DNA of 64,000 nucleotides from an uncultured Clostridiaceae bacterium (GTDB lineage Bacteria; Bacillota; Clostridia; TANB77; CAG-508): NCBI GenBank assembly GCA_947577025.1, contig CANPTO010000012.1, positions 1,484 to 65,483 of the forward strand, read 5' to 3'. Shown piece by piece: positions 20,489 to 29,893 of this stretch (position 1 is its first letter; each line of letters starts with the position of its first letter). The notes under the pieces were generated by a model. It saw only the letters and a program-made list of their open reading frames with translations, ran no database searches and was not told where the DNA came from. The position numbers and the translations under genes were made by a program.

Positions 20489-22198
20489 TTACATTCTATT
20501 AGGCATTTGTATTCCTAATAGTTCTGCTCCTGTTTTTAGTATTGTTCCTACTGCATATGTTATATATAACCTTGCATCTTGCAAATCCTTTTCTTCTGTA
20601 ATTATTTTGTTTGCAGTATAAAAGCTACTAAATTTTTGGCTTAACTCTATTAGGTATCTTGATAATATTGATGGCTCATTTTTTTCAGTTACTTGTTTTA
20701 GTATATTTTCAAAATTATATATTGTTTTTATTGTTTCTACTGATTGATTATCTTCTAGTTTTGTAATATCTACATCTTTAAATTCTGGCACATATCCTGC
20801 TTTTTCGATAACACTTTTTGTACGCACATATATATATTGAATATATGGTCCTGTTTCTCCTTGGAAGTTTAACATTGTATCCCAGTCAAAAATTTCATCT
20901 TTAATTCTGCTATTTGCTAAGTCATTAAATATTACTGCTCCTATTCCTACTTTTTTTGCTACTTCTTCTTTTTCTTCTAAATCTGGATTTTTTTCTTCTA
21001 TTACTTTTAAAGCTCTTGTAATTGCTTCATTTAGTAAATCTTCTAGTTTTATTAAAGTTCCCTCTCTTGTAGACATTTTTCCTTCTTTAAGTCTTACCAT
21101 TCCAAATGGAACGTGTTCTAAGCCATTTATATATTTTTCGTCTATGCCAAGTAATTTTGCAACTTCAAATACTTGTTTAAAATGTAAATTTTGCTCGTAT
21201 GCTACTACATATATATCTTTGTCAAAATCATATGTGCGTGCACGATATAGAATTGCTGCTAGATCTCTTGTTGCATATGTTGTTGATCCATTTGTTTTTT
21301 GTACAATACATGGTGACATGTTTTGCGCTTGTAAATCTATAATTTTTGCTCCTTCTGATTCTATTAATTTCCCTGTTTTTTCTAATTTCTGTACAACTTC
21401 TGTCATTTTATCAGAGTAGAAAGCTTCTCCATTCCAATAGTCAAACTCAATGTTCAACATATTATAAATTCTTTGAAATTCTTTTAAACTTAATGTTCTA
21501 AATTTTTGCCATATATTTGTACAATATTCATCTCCATCTTCTAATTTTTTAAAATTATCTCTACATATATTTAATATTTCTTCATCTTCTTCACACAATT
21601 TATTAATTCTAACATATATTTTGGTTAATTCATCAATTGGATTTTCTTCTACTTTATATTCTTCTCCCCATCTTTTATAACCTTCTATTATTTTACCAAA
21701 TTGTGTTCCATAATCTCCTAAATGATTTATCCCTATTGTATTGTAACCTAAAAATTTATATATCTTATATAATGCTCCACCTATTACTGTAGAACGTAAA
21801 TGTCCTATATGAAATGGTTTAGCAATGTTTGGTGAAGAATATTCTATTACTATATTTTTACCTTCTCCTATATTTGAAGCACCATAATTTTCATTTTTGT
21901 TTTCAAATTCTTTTAATACTTCTTCTACTAGTATAGAGTTGTTTACAAAGAAGTTTAAGTATCCCCCTACTATTTCTACTTTATTTATATATTTATCATC
22001 TATTTCTAAATTTTCTTTTATATCATTTGCAATAGCTGGTGGTGCTTTTCTTAACTCTTTTGCTAACCTAAAACATGGAAATGCATAGTCTCCCATTGTA
22101 GTATCTTTTGGAATTTCTATAAAATCCTCTAATTCCTTTTCATTTATATTTATTACTTTGCTTATAGCTTTTGCTATTATGTCTTTTAAATCTAACAT
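20489..22198 (-). CDS. argS: arginine--tRNA ligase
   Basis: A 569-aa protein with the class I HIGH-type motif (PNIAKPFHIGHLRS) and an ArgRS-typical C-terminus ending in M. Confidence 0.97.
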   Translation of the reverse strand: MLDLKDIIAKAISKVININEKELEDFIEIPKDTTMGDYAFPCFRLAKELRKAPPAIANDIKENLEIDDKYINKVEIVGGYLNFFVNNSILVEEVLKEFENKNENYGASNIGEGKNIVIEYSSPNIAKPFHIGHLRSTVIGGALYKIYKFLGYNTIGINHLGDYGTQFGKIIEGYKRWGEEYKVEENPIDELTKIYVRINKLCEEDEEILNICRDNFKKLEDGDEYCTNIWQKFRTLSLKEFQRIYNMLNIEFDYWNGEAFYSDKMTEVVQKLEKTGKLIESEGAKIIDLQAQNMSPCIVQKTNGSTTYATRDLAAILYRARTYDFDKDIYVVAYEQNLHFKQVFEVAKLLGIDEKYINGLEHVPFGMVRLKEGKMSTREGTLIKLEDLLNEAITRALKVIEEKNPDLEEKEEVAKKVGIGAVIFNDLANSRIKDEIFDWDTMLNFQGETGPYIQYIYVRTKSVIEKAGYVPEFKDVDITKLEDNQSVETIKTIYNFENILKQVTEKNEPSILSRYLIELSQKFSSFYTANKIITEEKDLQDARLYITYAVGTILKTGAELLGIQMPNRM

Positions 22199-22217
22199 TA
22201 TATCATACCTTTCTTTA

Positions 22218-22646
22218 TTATCTTTTTAAATTAATGATTGTTCTTGCAAATTCTAGTAAATCATCTAAATGCTTTTCTATAACTTCTTGTAATATTTCTT
22301 CATCTATTTGTTTATAATCGTGTACTGCTATATTTCTAAATCCTATCATATTTTGCATATTTTTAGACATCCCACTAGATATTATTTTATGTTCTTCTAA
22401 TTTTTTAAATGCTTCTTTTTTTGTTTGTGGTATTCCCAATTTTCTTGTAGAAACTATATACATTGCTATATCTGTTGTTGCTTCACATGCTCTTTGTAAG
22501 TTTAATACTATACAATCTAGTTTTCTGTAATCTTGTAAATTATTGGGGTTATTTTCATATTCTTCGTTTATTCTATTTATGCATCTTTCTATTATTTCGT
22601 ATTTATTTATAATAACAGCTTCATTTTCCATAAATTGTGCCTCCAT
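22218..22646 (-). CDS. hepT: HepT (DUF86 HEPN) toxin
   Basis: The Rx4-6H motif RNIAVHDY is present, and it overlaps the upstream nucleotidyltransferase gene by 26 nt. Confidence 0.85.
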   Translation of the reverse strand: MEAQFMENEAVIINKYEIIERCINRINEEYENNPNNLQDYRKLDCIVLNLQRACEATTDIAMYIVSTRKLGIPQTKKEAFKKLEEHKIISSGMSKNMQNMIGFRNIAVHDYKQIDEEILQEVIEKHLDDLLEFARTIINLKR

Positions 22647-23031
22647 TTTTTATATTATCTATAATCATTTTTCTGCTTTCATTTAATTCCAAATATTCTC
22701 TGTACATATCTAATTTATATAGTTCAAATTTAAATTTATCTTTTGCATATAGAGTAATTCCATTAATTAGTATTTCATATCTTATTCCATCTTGTGTATT
22801 GTTTAAATCTATTAAATCAACATCTTTTTCTAAAATGTCTTCTAATTTTTGTTTTATTTTAAATAATTGTTTAGGTTGTATTTCATTTTGTGACTTTATT
22901 CCTATATCTACATCACTTTCTTTATTTTGAGTGTTCCTTGAATAACTTCCAAAAAGTATTATTGCATCACATTTAATCTCTTTTATTAAATATTGTTTTG
23001 CCTCTTCTAATTTTTCTTTTATTTCTTCCAT
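22621..23031 (-). CDS. mntA: MntA nucleotidyltransferase antitoxin
   Basis: The minimal NTase motif GSYSRNTQNKESDVDIG is present. Confidence 0.85.
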   Translation of the reverse strand: MEEIKEKLEEAKQYLIKEIKCDAIILFGSYSRNTQNKESDVDIGIKSQNEIQPKQLFKIKQKLEDILEKDVDLIDLNNTQDGIRYEILINGITLYAKDKFKFELYKLDMYREYLELNESRKMIIDNIKNGGTIYGK

Positions 23032-23295
23032 ACCTAAACCCCTTTAATATATTATCAAAAAAATCCATTCATTTCAATGGATTTTTTTGTTTTTAGTTAA
23101 TTATTTATACAAATTTTATATTTCTTATAATTTTTGCTCGATTTCTTCTTTTGTTTCTGACACTATATATGCTATATTCTTTCCGTTATTATCAGTTAAA
23201 TTGGTATACACTTTAGAATGAGTATTATATAAATATGGATCATTATAATACTCTACTATATAGTAACAACCTTAAAAGAATTTTTTGTAAAACTA

Positions 23296-23324
23296 TTGAC
23301 ATATTTAACATAATGTTGTATATT
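23296..23324 (+). promoter_or_regulatory. sigma-A-like promoter
   Basis: TTGACA, a 17-nt spacer, then TATATT, about 45 nt upstream of the ATG at 23371. Confidence 0.45.
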
Positions 23325-23370
23325 TATTTAGTCACAATAAATGTATGTTTAAGAAAGGTTAGGTAAATTT

Positions 23371-23847
23371 ATGAAAGATCAATGTCTTCGGGAATTATTA
23401 ATTAAGCTAGAAACCATTTATGAACATTTGTATATTTCATTAGCTAATGATACAAATTTTAGAATGGCAGATGTCATTAATTTGGCGTCTTATTTATCAC
23501 AGCTTTCTCAGTACCCAGAGTATCGTGAGGGATCAGAGGAACTTTTGAAGATGCTTGAAAGCCACGATTTATCGTCAGGCAATGTAACTTACATGTCCGA
23601 TGTGGTTTATAGAACACGTTCAATTGTTAATGTTCTAGGTTCTGATTTGAGGGAAACTGATGAGGACATCTTCGATTCGTTAAAACAAGGTTGTGCAGAT
23701 GTTAAGGATAAAATCAGCGGAGCTATTCCGCAGCAAATAAAAGACTCATATGCGAAAGCAGCTGCACAATTAAAAGCTGCAAGTAAAGCAGCTGAAAACA
23801 AGCTAAAACATAGCATTATAAATTGGCTATCTTCAGACGATAACTAA
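23371..23847 (+). CDS. hypothetical protein (158 aa), GC-richer than its surroundings
   Basis: It has its own promoter and a terminator (agcggg...ccccgct plus T-run at about 23869-23897). There is an in-frame CGG at 23389. I recognise no family. Confidence 0.5.
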   Translation: MKDQCLRELLIKLETIYEHLYISLANDTNFRMADVINLASYLSQLSQYPEYREGSEELLKMLESHDLSSGNVTYMSDVVYRTRSIVNVLGSDLRETDEDIFDSLKQGCADVKDKISGAIPQQIKDSYAKAAAQLKAASKAAENKLKHSIINWLSSDDN

Positions 23848-23912
23848 AATTTACAAACAGAACCTTATAGCGGGAATTAATTACCCCGCTATTTTTTATG
23901 TTGTTTTCTTAT

Positions 23913-25050
23913 CTATTCACCTAAATTTATTCCTATATTTCTAGCTGTTTTTACTAAATCATCTTCCATTGTAACTACTTTTACATTTCCTAGTGTTCCA
24001 TCTTGAATAGCACCTATTTCTTTATTATTTCCTACTACATTTTCTAGTGGTACTGAGTCTAATTTACCATTTTTTATAACTGTTAGCACATTAAACTTTC
24101 CTTTCATTGCAAGTTCCATTGCTTTTGAACCATATTTTGTTGAAAGTACTCTATCATATGCTGTTGGTGTTCCACCTCTTTGCATATAACCTAATACTGT
24201 ACATCTTGCTGTTAGTCCTGTTAGCTCCTCTAACTCTTTTGCTACTTTTTCTCCTGCGCCTCCTAGTTTAATATTTATTACTCCTTCTCCTCCTGTTTTT
24301 TGGTTTGCTACTGATATTTCTCCTCCTTTTGGAAACGCTCCTTCTGAAACTACTACTATACTAAAGTTTTTTCCTAATTTTTGCCTTTGTTTTATTGCAT
24401 CTGCTGCTTTATTTATATCATATGGAATTTCTGGAATTAATGCTACATCTGCTCCTCCTGCTATTGCTGATTCTAATGCTATCCATCCGCGCTTCTCTTC
24501 CCATTACTTCTAATACCATTATTCTATTATGTGTTTCTGCTGTTGTGTGAAGTCTATCTAATGCTTCTGTTGCTACTGATACAGCTGTGTTATATCCAAA
24601 AGTTATGTCTGTACATGCCACATCATTATCTATTGTTTTTGGCACACCTATAACTTTTATCCCTTTTAACGAAAGATCTCTTGCAGATTTTTGTGTACTA
24701 TCGCCTCCTAATGTAAATACACAGTCAAATCCATCTTCTTTTACGTTTTCAACACATTTATCTGATAAGTCTTTATATTGTACATTTCCATTTTCATCTA
24801 CTACCTTATAATGAAATACATTTGCATTTGTTGAAGAAGATATTATTGAACCACCTTTTTGAAGAATTCCTGATGCTTTGTCAGTACTGCTCAATTTTAC
24901 ATAGTCATTTTTAAGCAAACCTCTATATCCATCTATGAAACCATAACACTCTACATTATGACTTTCAGCTGTTTTTACAATTGCTCTTATAACTGCATTA
25001 AACCCTGAAACATCTCCACCATTTGCAAGTATTGCTACTTTCTTTACCAT
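23913..25050 (-). CDS. pfkA: 6-phosphofructokinase (long clostridial type); needs a +1 step at CGG 24487-24489
   Basis: It starts MVKKVAILANGGDVSGFNAVIRA (ATG at 25050, preceded by AGGAGG). The junction reads EVMGREA|GWIALESAIAGGADVALIPEIPYD, matching the PFK motif GRxAGxIAL with no residue missing. The joined length is about 378 aa. Confidence 0.9.
24487..24489 (-). other. in-frame CGG at a +1 frame junction
   Basis: The sense strand reads GCG-CGG-ATG. There is no homopolymer, and the conserved motif pins the junction to this codon. Confidence 0.85.
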
Positions 25051-25320
25051 AACTATTTTTCCTCCTAAAAATTTTCTTACCTTGTTTCTTATTATATCAA
25101 TAAATGAATTTTTTACAACAGTTTTTTTAAATTTTTGAATAAAATACCTTGTAGGGGTCGCCACCTTCGGCGACCCGATCTTCAAAGACTTGCTACAGGA
25201 TTTAATAATTATTATATTTTTCCTATTCTTTTTTTAGGATCTAATAGTCTATTGACATTTATATAATTTTATGTTAATATATCAATATAATTAATTGTAA
25301 AAAAGAAAGGAGATTACTTT

Positions 25321-25638
25321 ATGACACGGGCTTTAATATTTATTATTTTTTCTATAATTGCATTTATCTTTATTATTAAGATTTATGCCTCACGAAAGAT
25401 GGAACATCTATACGAAATATTATACAAGTATCAACTTCGACATGCTTATAAGTTATGTAGTGATGTTACTTATCTAAAAAAATATCTTGATGTAGTGTTT
25501 TTTAGACATTCATTTTATATTTTTCTAAGTCCTTATTTAAGAGATACTAGAATGCAATATGTACATTTCTATGTGTCCCATGTTTTTCCTAATACTTCAA
25601 AGAAAATAGACAGTGACTATTCATTAGATTTCTTATAA
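25321..25638 (+). CDS. hypothetical small membrane protein (105 aa)
   Basis: An AAAGGAG site and an N-terminal transmembrane helix are present. CGG is codon 3. Support is weak. Confidence 0.35.
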   Translation: MTRALIFIIFSIIAFIFIIKIYASRKMEHLYEILYKYQLRHAYKLCSDVTYLKKYLDVVFFRHSFYIFLSPYLRDTRMQYVHFYVSHVFPNTSKKIDSDYSLDFL

Positions 25639-25665
25639 ATAAGACAGAGTTAGAAGTTTGAGATT

Positions 25666-25709
25666 AAAAAATAGGGTAATTTCTTTAAAGAAATTACCCT
25701 ATTTTTTAA
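25666..25709. terminator. bidirectional terminator (end of the spoIIIA operon)
   Basis: A-run, then stem atagggtaatttctt / aagaaattaccctat, then a T-run. Confidence 0.75.
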
Positions 25710-25719
25710 TCTTATATTT

Positions 25720-26400
25720 TTATTTATTACTTATATGTATGTTACTAATTTCTGCTTGCATTTCTCTTGCTATTATATTTTGGATTTGTGCTATTTGATC
25801 TTGTTCTATTTTTTCTGCTCTTACTACTACACTAATGCTATTTCCATTTACAAAAATTACACTATCTGTTATTCCTTTTGTTTTTATTAAATTTTCACAT
25901 ATCATAATTTTATTTTTACAGTCATTTATATTTTTTATTTCTGTTTGTGCAATTGTTTTTTGGTCTGATGCTATGTTTTGATTTTCTAATATTTTTTCAT
26001 ATGTTTCTATCATTTGTGAATACATTGTGTCTCTTGTTAGTCTTGAAGATGAGAAATATTCATCTATATTTTTTGTGTTTGTTGTAATTGTTTCATTAGT
26101 AGTTTTATTATTTTCTATCTCTTTATCTGATTTTTCACTATTTACATTTTTATTATCAGTGTTTTTGTTGTTATCACTTTCTTCATTATTGGTAGTTATG
26201 CTTTCTGAATTAGTATTAGTTTGGTCTACTGCATTACTATTAACTAATTTAGCATCCCCAATTCCTGCATAATCTATTGAATTAAGCTCTGCGCTTGTTG
26301 TAATAGCTCCATTATTTGCAGTATAACTTAAATATCCTGCTGAAACTAGCATAAGTGCTATAACAAAAACAATAACTTGATTTCTTTTTAAACTTTTCAT
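25720..26400 (-). CDS. spoIIIAH: stage III sporulation protein AH
   Basis: It is the last gene of the operon. It has an N-terminal transmembrane helix, a low-complexity linker and a C-terminal YscJ/FliF-like region (VIFVNGNSISVVVRAEKI). Confidence 0.8.
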   Translation of the reverse strand: MKSLKRNQVIVFVIALMLVSAGYLSYTANNGAITTSAELNSIDYAGIGDAKLVNSNAVDQTNTNSESITTNNEESDNNKNTDNKNVNSEKSDKEIENNKTTNETITTNTKNIDEYFSSSRLTRDTMYSQMIETYEKILENQNIASDQKTIAQTEIKNINDCKNKIMICENLIKTKGITDSVIFVNGNSISVVVRAEKIEQDQIAQIQNIIAREMQAEISNIHISNK

Positions 26401-26419
26401 TTTTTTCCTCCCTATTATA

Positions 26420-27033
26420 TTAATTACTCATTTCGAATACCTGTATTTTATGTGTGGCAAGCCCTGTTGCTGCTTCTACTGCTTGCGTTATTTTTAGCTT
26501 TACTTCACTATTTCCGTGCTCCTGTTGCTGTTACTATTGCTCCTTCTATTTTGGGTTTTAATATACTTTGTGTTACTGGTACCTTTTCTCCATTTTTATC
26601 TTGATATATTACTTCTTTTTTATTAGATGTCTGACTTATTTTTCTACTCCCTCCACCGGGAGTCCGCTTCTTCTGTATCACTTTTTGTGCTATCTTCATT
26701 ATACATTGCAATTGTTTCACTACTTTGTGAATATGTAATTAACACATTTGCTTTACCTACTCCATCTATTTTTGAAAGTATCGTTTCTAAATTTTCTTGT
26801 AATTCATCTTTTGTATTATTTTGAATACTACTATCTGTTTTTGCTAAAGTTTTTCCTATACTATTGGTTTGTGTGTTTCCTTCTTTTTTATCATCTTTTA
26901 ATATCATATTTATTACTATTATTGTTATTACTAAAATAATTACTAGCACTACTAAGTTTTCGATTTTCTTTTTATTGTTTCCTTCGTTATTCTTAAAAAT
27001 ATTTTTAAATTTATTCATTTGTTCTTTTAACAT
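26420..27033 (-). CDS. spoIIIAG: stage III sporulation protein AG; needs +1 steps at two CGG codons
   Basis: The junctions read EEADS|GGGSRKISQTSNKKEV and IVTATGA|GNSEVKLKITQAVEAATGLATHKIQVFEMSN. The joined length is about 203 aa. Confidence 0.8.
26514..26516 (-). other. in-frame CGG at a +1 frame junction
   Basis: The sense strand reads GCA-CGG-AAA-TAG. It is in frame only after the shift at 26656. Confidence 0.8.
26656..26658 (-). other. in-frame CGG at a +1 frame junction
   Basis: The sense strand reads TCC-CGG-TGG. The zero frame stops 3 codons later. Confidence 0.8.
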
Positions 27034-27050
27034 ATTATTCCTTTCCTTTT

Positions 27051-27132
27051 GGAAGTTGGAGGTTAGATGTTGGATTTTAGGTAATTTTCTTGAAGCCTTA
27101 CCATATTTTCCAACTTCTAACTTCTAACTTCC
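27051..27132. repeat. MITE-like hairpin element between spoIIIAG and spoIIIAF
   Basis: The arm ggaagttggaggttagatgttgg pairs with ccaacttctaacttctaacttcc, and the core is ggtaattttcttgaag. The right arm abuts the spoIIIAF stop codon. Confidence 0.7.
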
Positions 27133-27746
27133 TATTTTATATTTATATTTTTTTTGTTTACTTCATATACTGAGGATATATATTCTTTTATTTCATTTAT
27201 TTCTTTTCCTGTTAACCTTACCATTTGACTACTTTCTTCAGCAGTATTATTTTCTATTTTTACTTGTATTTTTACTTGTTCAATTTCATTTACAATATTT
27301 TCTTTTGTATCTTCTTTTTTACTTTCTCTTTTGCTTAAAGTCATATTTATATTTTTTACTTTATATTCATCAGTATTTTCTAGTTCGATTTGTATACTAT
27401 TTACTATATATCCTTTATCCTCTATTTTAGATTTAATATCTTTTTTTAGATTTAAAATATATATCTCTTTTATGTTTGAATTATTTGTATTTTCTAGATT
27501 TTGAGTATCTACTTCATAACTTGAAAGCTGGTCTTCATATTTATTTATATCTATAATAGAGTCTAGTTTAAATTCACTTTTCGTAAATTCGCTTATAACC
27601 GGTGAAACTATACTAAATACTATATATACGCCTATTACAACTTTTATGTATTTTTTGCTATTTCCATTTGGTAGTAGCATTTCTATAATACTTCCGATTA
27701 TTACAGCTACTATTATTCCTTGAACCCATGATATTATAAATTCCAT
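27132..27746 (-). CDS. spoIIIAF: stage III sporulation protein AF
   Basis: It starts MEFIISWVQGIIVAVIIGSIIEMLLPNG, and its position in the operon fits. Confidence 0.8.
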   Translation of the reverse strand: MEFIISWVQGIIVAVIIGSIIEMLLPNGNSKKYIKVVIGVYIVFSIVSPVISEFTKSEFKLDSIIDINKYEDQLSSYEVDTQNLENTNNSNIKEIYILNLKKDIKSKIEDKGYIVNSIQIELENTDEYKVKNINMTLSKRESKKEDTKENIVNEIEQVKIQVKIENNTAEESSQMVRLTGKEINEIKEYISSVYEVNKKNINIK

Positions 27747-27758
27747 TTTTTATTTCTC

Positions 27759-28916
27759 CTATCTATACATAAGACCACTATTCGATATTTTGATAACTAA
27801 TGTTGTTCCTACTATTAGCATTACTGATACACTTGAAATAACTGCAAGTAAAATTTTAAATGTATCTCCTATACCGAGAAAGCAGGTCTATAATCTTTTT
27901 ATCTGCTATTGGCTGGCAAATGGCTGAGCCTATGTAATATGTTGTCATTAGAAGCACAAGCCTAATAATCGGTATTATACAAATTCCTAATATTACTATT
28001 ACTCCGCACTATTCCTACTGCATTTTTTAGTATTGTTGTAGCTCCTATTACAGAGTCTACAGCATCTCCTAAAATCTTTCCTACAACAGGTATAAAGTTT
28101 GCAACTGCTGCTTTTGTAGTTTTAGCTGTTATCCCATCTACAGTACTTCCGAAGGCTTCCCTCTAACGATAATAACCCTACAAATAGTGTTAATACTACT
28201 CCTAATATCCACACTACACTAGACTTAAAGAATTTTGCTAATTTATCTAATTGTATTCTATCCGATATTTTTGAAACTATCGAAAGTGATGTTGAAACTA
28301 GTGTTATAGGTATTATTACTGCATTTATAAAGTTTCCTATAAAAGTTATAAGAAATAATAAAATTGGTTGCAATATATTTACTGATGCTATACTTCCTGT
28401 ACTTAGCATTAAAGTCATAAGTAATGGTACTAAGCAATTAGAAAAGTTTACTAAATTGTTAATAGAGTTTTTTACCATAGTAATAACATCTGCAAAATTT
28501 GTCATTATTAGTGTTACTATTAATATATATTGAACATAGTATGTAATTTGAGTAATTCCTTGATTTTCTAGACCTTCACTTATGCTTTTTAGTACACTAT
28601 GTATTATAACTATTACCATAATACTTGCAATTACTCTAATAGATACAATAGTTTCTTTTCCTATTAAATTTAATATGCTTTTGCCTAACAGTTTATTGTC
28701 TATATTTCCAGTTATAGCTGAGTTTAAAATTTTCCCATAATCTACATCACCAAATACATCTTCTGTATATTTTTTTGACTCATTTATGAATTTAGGAATA
28801 TTTAAAACTTCTTTTTGCGAAGATATGATTTCATCTTGGCTTACCTCTTCTGCATATGTTAAAGTTGGAAATAGTAAAAATATTATTAAGGCAAAAATTA
28901 GAATTATTTTTTTCAT
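27759..28916 (-). CDS. spoIIIAE: stage III sporulation protein AE; needs +1 steps at three CGG codons
   Basis: The junctions read LEGSL|GSTVDGITAKTTKAAVANFIPVVG, AVGIV|GVIVILGICIIPIIRL and IIDLLS|GIGDTFKILLAVISSV. The joined length is about 384 aa. Confidence 0.85.
27874..27876 (-). other. in-frame CGG at a +1 frame junction
   Basis: The sense strand reads TCT-CGG-TAT. It is in frame only after the two earlier shifts. Confidence 0.8.
28004..28006 (-). other. in-frame CGG at a +1 frame junction
   Basis: The sense strand reads GTG-CGG-AGT. It is in frame only after the shift at 28149. Confidence 0.8.
28149..28151 (-). other. in-frame CGG at a +1 frame junction
   Basis: The sense strand reads CTT-CGG-AAG. 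The zero frame stops 9 codons later. Confidence 0.8.
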
Positions 28917-28940
28917 TTGTGGACTCCTTTTTGCTGGTGG

Positions 28941-29081
28941 GCAGAGGTCAGATGTTGGAGGTCAGATTTTGTGGTAATTTCTTCGAAGAATAGGTCTTTG
29001 ACGGCAACCTTTTATACAATTATTTATTCTGAACTATACATTTAAACTTTGTGTTTTCTGACTTCCGTCTTCTGACCTCTG
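28941..29081. repeat. MITE-like hairpin element between spoIIIAE and spoIIIAD
   Basis: The arm gcagaggtcagatgttggaggtcagat pairs with ttctgacttccgtcttctgacctctg, and the core is ggtaatttcttcgaag. Confidence 0.7.
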
Positions 29082-29469
29082 TCATGGTAGCACCTTAATT
29101 ATTGTTTCCAACAGCCCAGATATGATTGGAATAGACATAGAAACAATAACTACTTTTCCTCCCATATCCATTTTATTAGCAATTGCAGTTTCTCCTGAAT
29201 CTTTACATATACTTACTGCAAATTCTGTTAAGAAGGCTATGCCTGTTATTTTTATAAGTAATGTCAAAAACTGATTATTAATAGCTGTTTTATTGGCAAG
29301 GTTAGTCAAAAGCTCTACTACACCAGATATTTTGCTAAGTATAATTCCAAGTATTAACGCTCCTGTAATAAGTGATACATATATAACAAATTCTGGCTTA
29401 TACTGCTTTAAAATTATTATTATAATTAAGGCAATTAAGCCGTATTCCTATTATTTTTATAATATCCAT
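29082..29469 (-). CDS. spoIIIAD: stage III sporulation protein AD; needs a +1 step at CGG 29440-29442
   Basis: It reads MDIIKIIGI|GLIALIIIIILKQYKPEFVIYVSLITGAL... The joined length is about 128 aa. Confidence 0.85.
29440..29442 (-). other. in-frame CGG at a +1 frame junction
   Basis: The sense strand reads ATA-CGG-CTT, and GGC continues the first transmembrane helix. Confidence 0.8.
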
Positions 29470-29492
29470 TTTTTATTACCTTTCTCAATTTC

Positions 29493-29619
29493 TAAAAGGG
29501 ACGCCCCTTTTTCGAAAATTTTTACCAAAAGGGACAGCCTTTCTATCTGCTTTTATTTTTCTAAATGAAAGGAATGTCCCTTTTAGCAAATTTTTTTGAA
29601 AAAAGGGCGTCCCTTTTGG
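29493..29619. repeat. AAAAGGGAC-type inverted repeat element between spoIIIAD and spoIIIAC
   Basis: The units are aaaagggacgcccctttttcgaaaa, aaaagggacagcc, ggaatgtcccttt and gaaaaaagggcgtcccttttgg. A related hairpin lies at about 38362-38425. Confidence 0.6.
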
Positions 29620-29623
29620 TTGA

Positions 29624-29818
29624 TTATAATCCAAATATTGTTCTTACTGTATCAAATAATGTGCTTATTTCTTTTATTACCATTGTTAGTACTATTACTA
29701 AGCCTGCTAAGGTTGTCATCATTGCTTGGTCTTCTCTCCCTGCTCTTACTAACACTTGATGTAGTACAGCAACTAATATTCCTATTGCTGCTATTTTAAA
29801 TAATAAGTTTATATCCAT
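29624..29818 (-). CDS. spoIIIAC: stage III sporulation protein AC
   Basis: A 64-aa protein, MDINLLFKIAAIGILVAVLHQVLVRAGREDQAMMTTLAGLVIVL. Confidence 0.9.
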   Translation of the reverse strand: MDINLLFKIAAIGILVAVLHQVLVRAGREDQAMMTTLAGLVIVLTMVIKEISTLFDTVRTIFGL

Positions 29819-29869
29819 ATTTATACCTCTCTAATTTTATTGTTATTTTTTAATTTTATAATTTCTCTT

Positions 29870-29893
29870 TTCTGACCTCTGACTTCTGACTTC
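29870..29893. repeat. solo arm of the CAGAAG/GGAAGT repeat family
   Basis: ttctgacctctgacttctgacttc, abutting the spoIIIAB stop codon. Confidence 0.5.

Noticed and set aside
23131-23275. A possible small minus-strand gene ending ...NGKNIAYIVSETKEEIEQKL.
   Set aside because: The frame has no start codon after the upstream stop, so it is most likely the 3' remnant of a disrupted gene.
25051-25185. The N-terminal extension of the pfkA track ORF (MKIGSPKVATPTRYFIQ...).
   Set aside because: It translates a GC-rich intergenic repeat (gtaggggtcgccaccttcggcgaccc). The conserved PFK N-terminus MVKKVAILANGGD starts at 25050, just after an AGGAGG site.
27051-29893. A possible CRISPR array suggested by the reiterated ctgacttctgac and ggaagttggagg motifs.
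   Set aside because: The motifs are short hexamer-like iterations that form the inverted arms of hairpin elements. They are not regularly spaced direct repeats with unique spacers, and there are no cas genes in the window.
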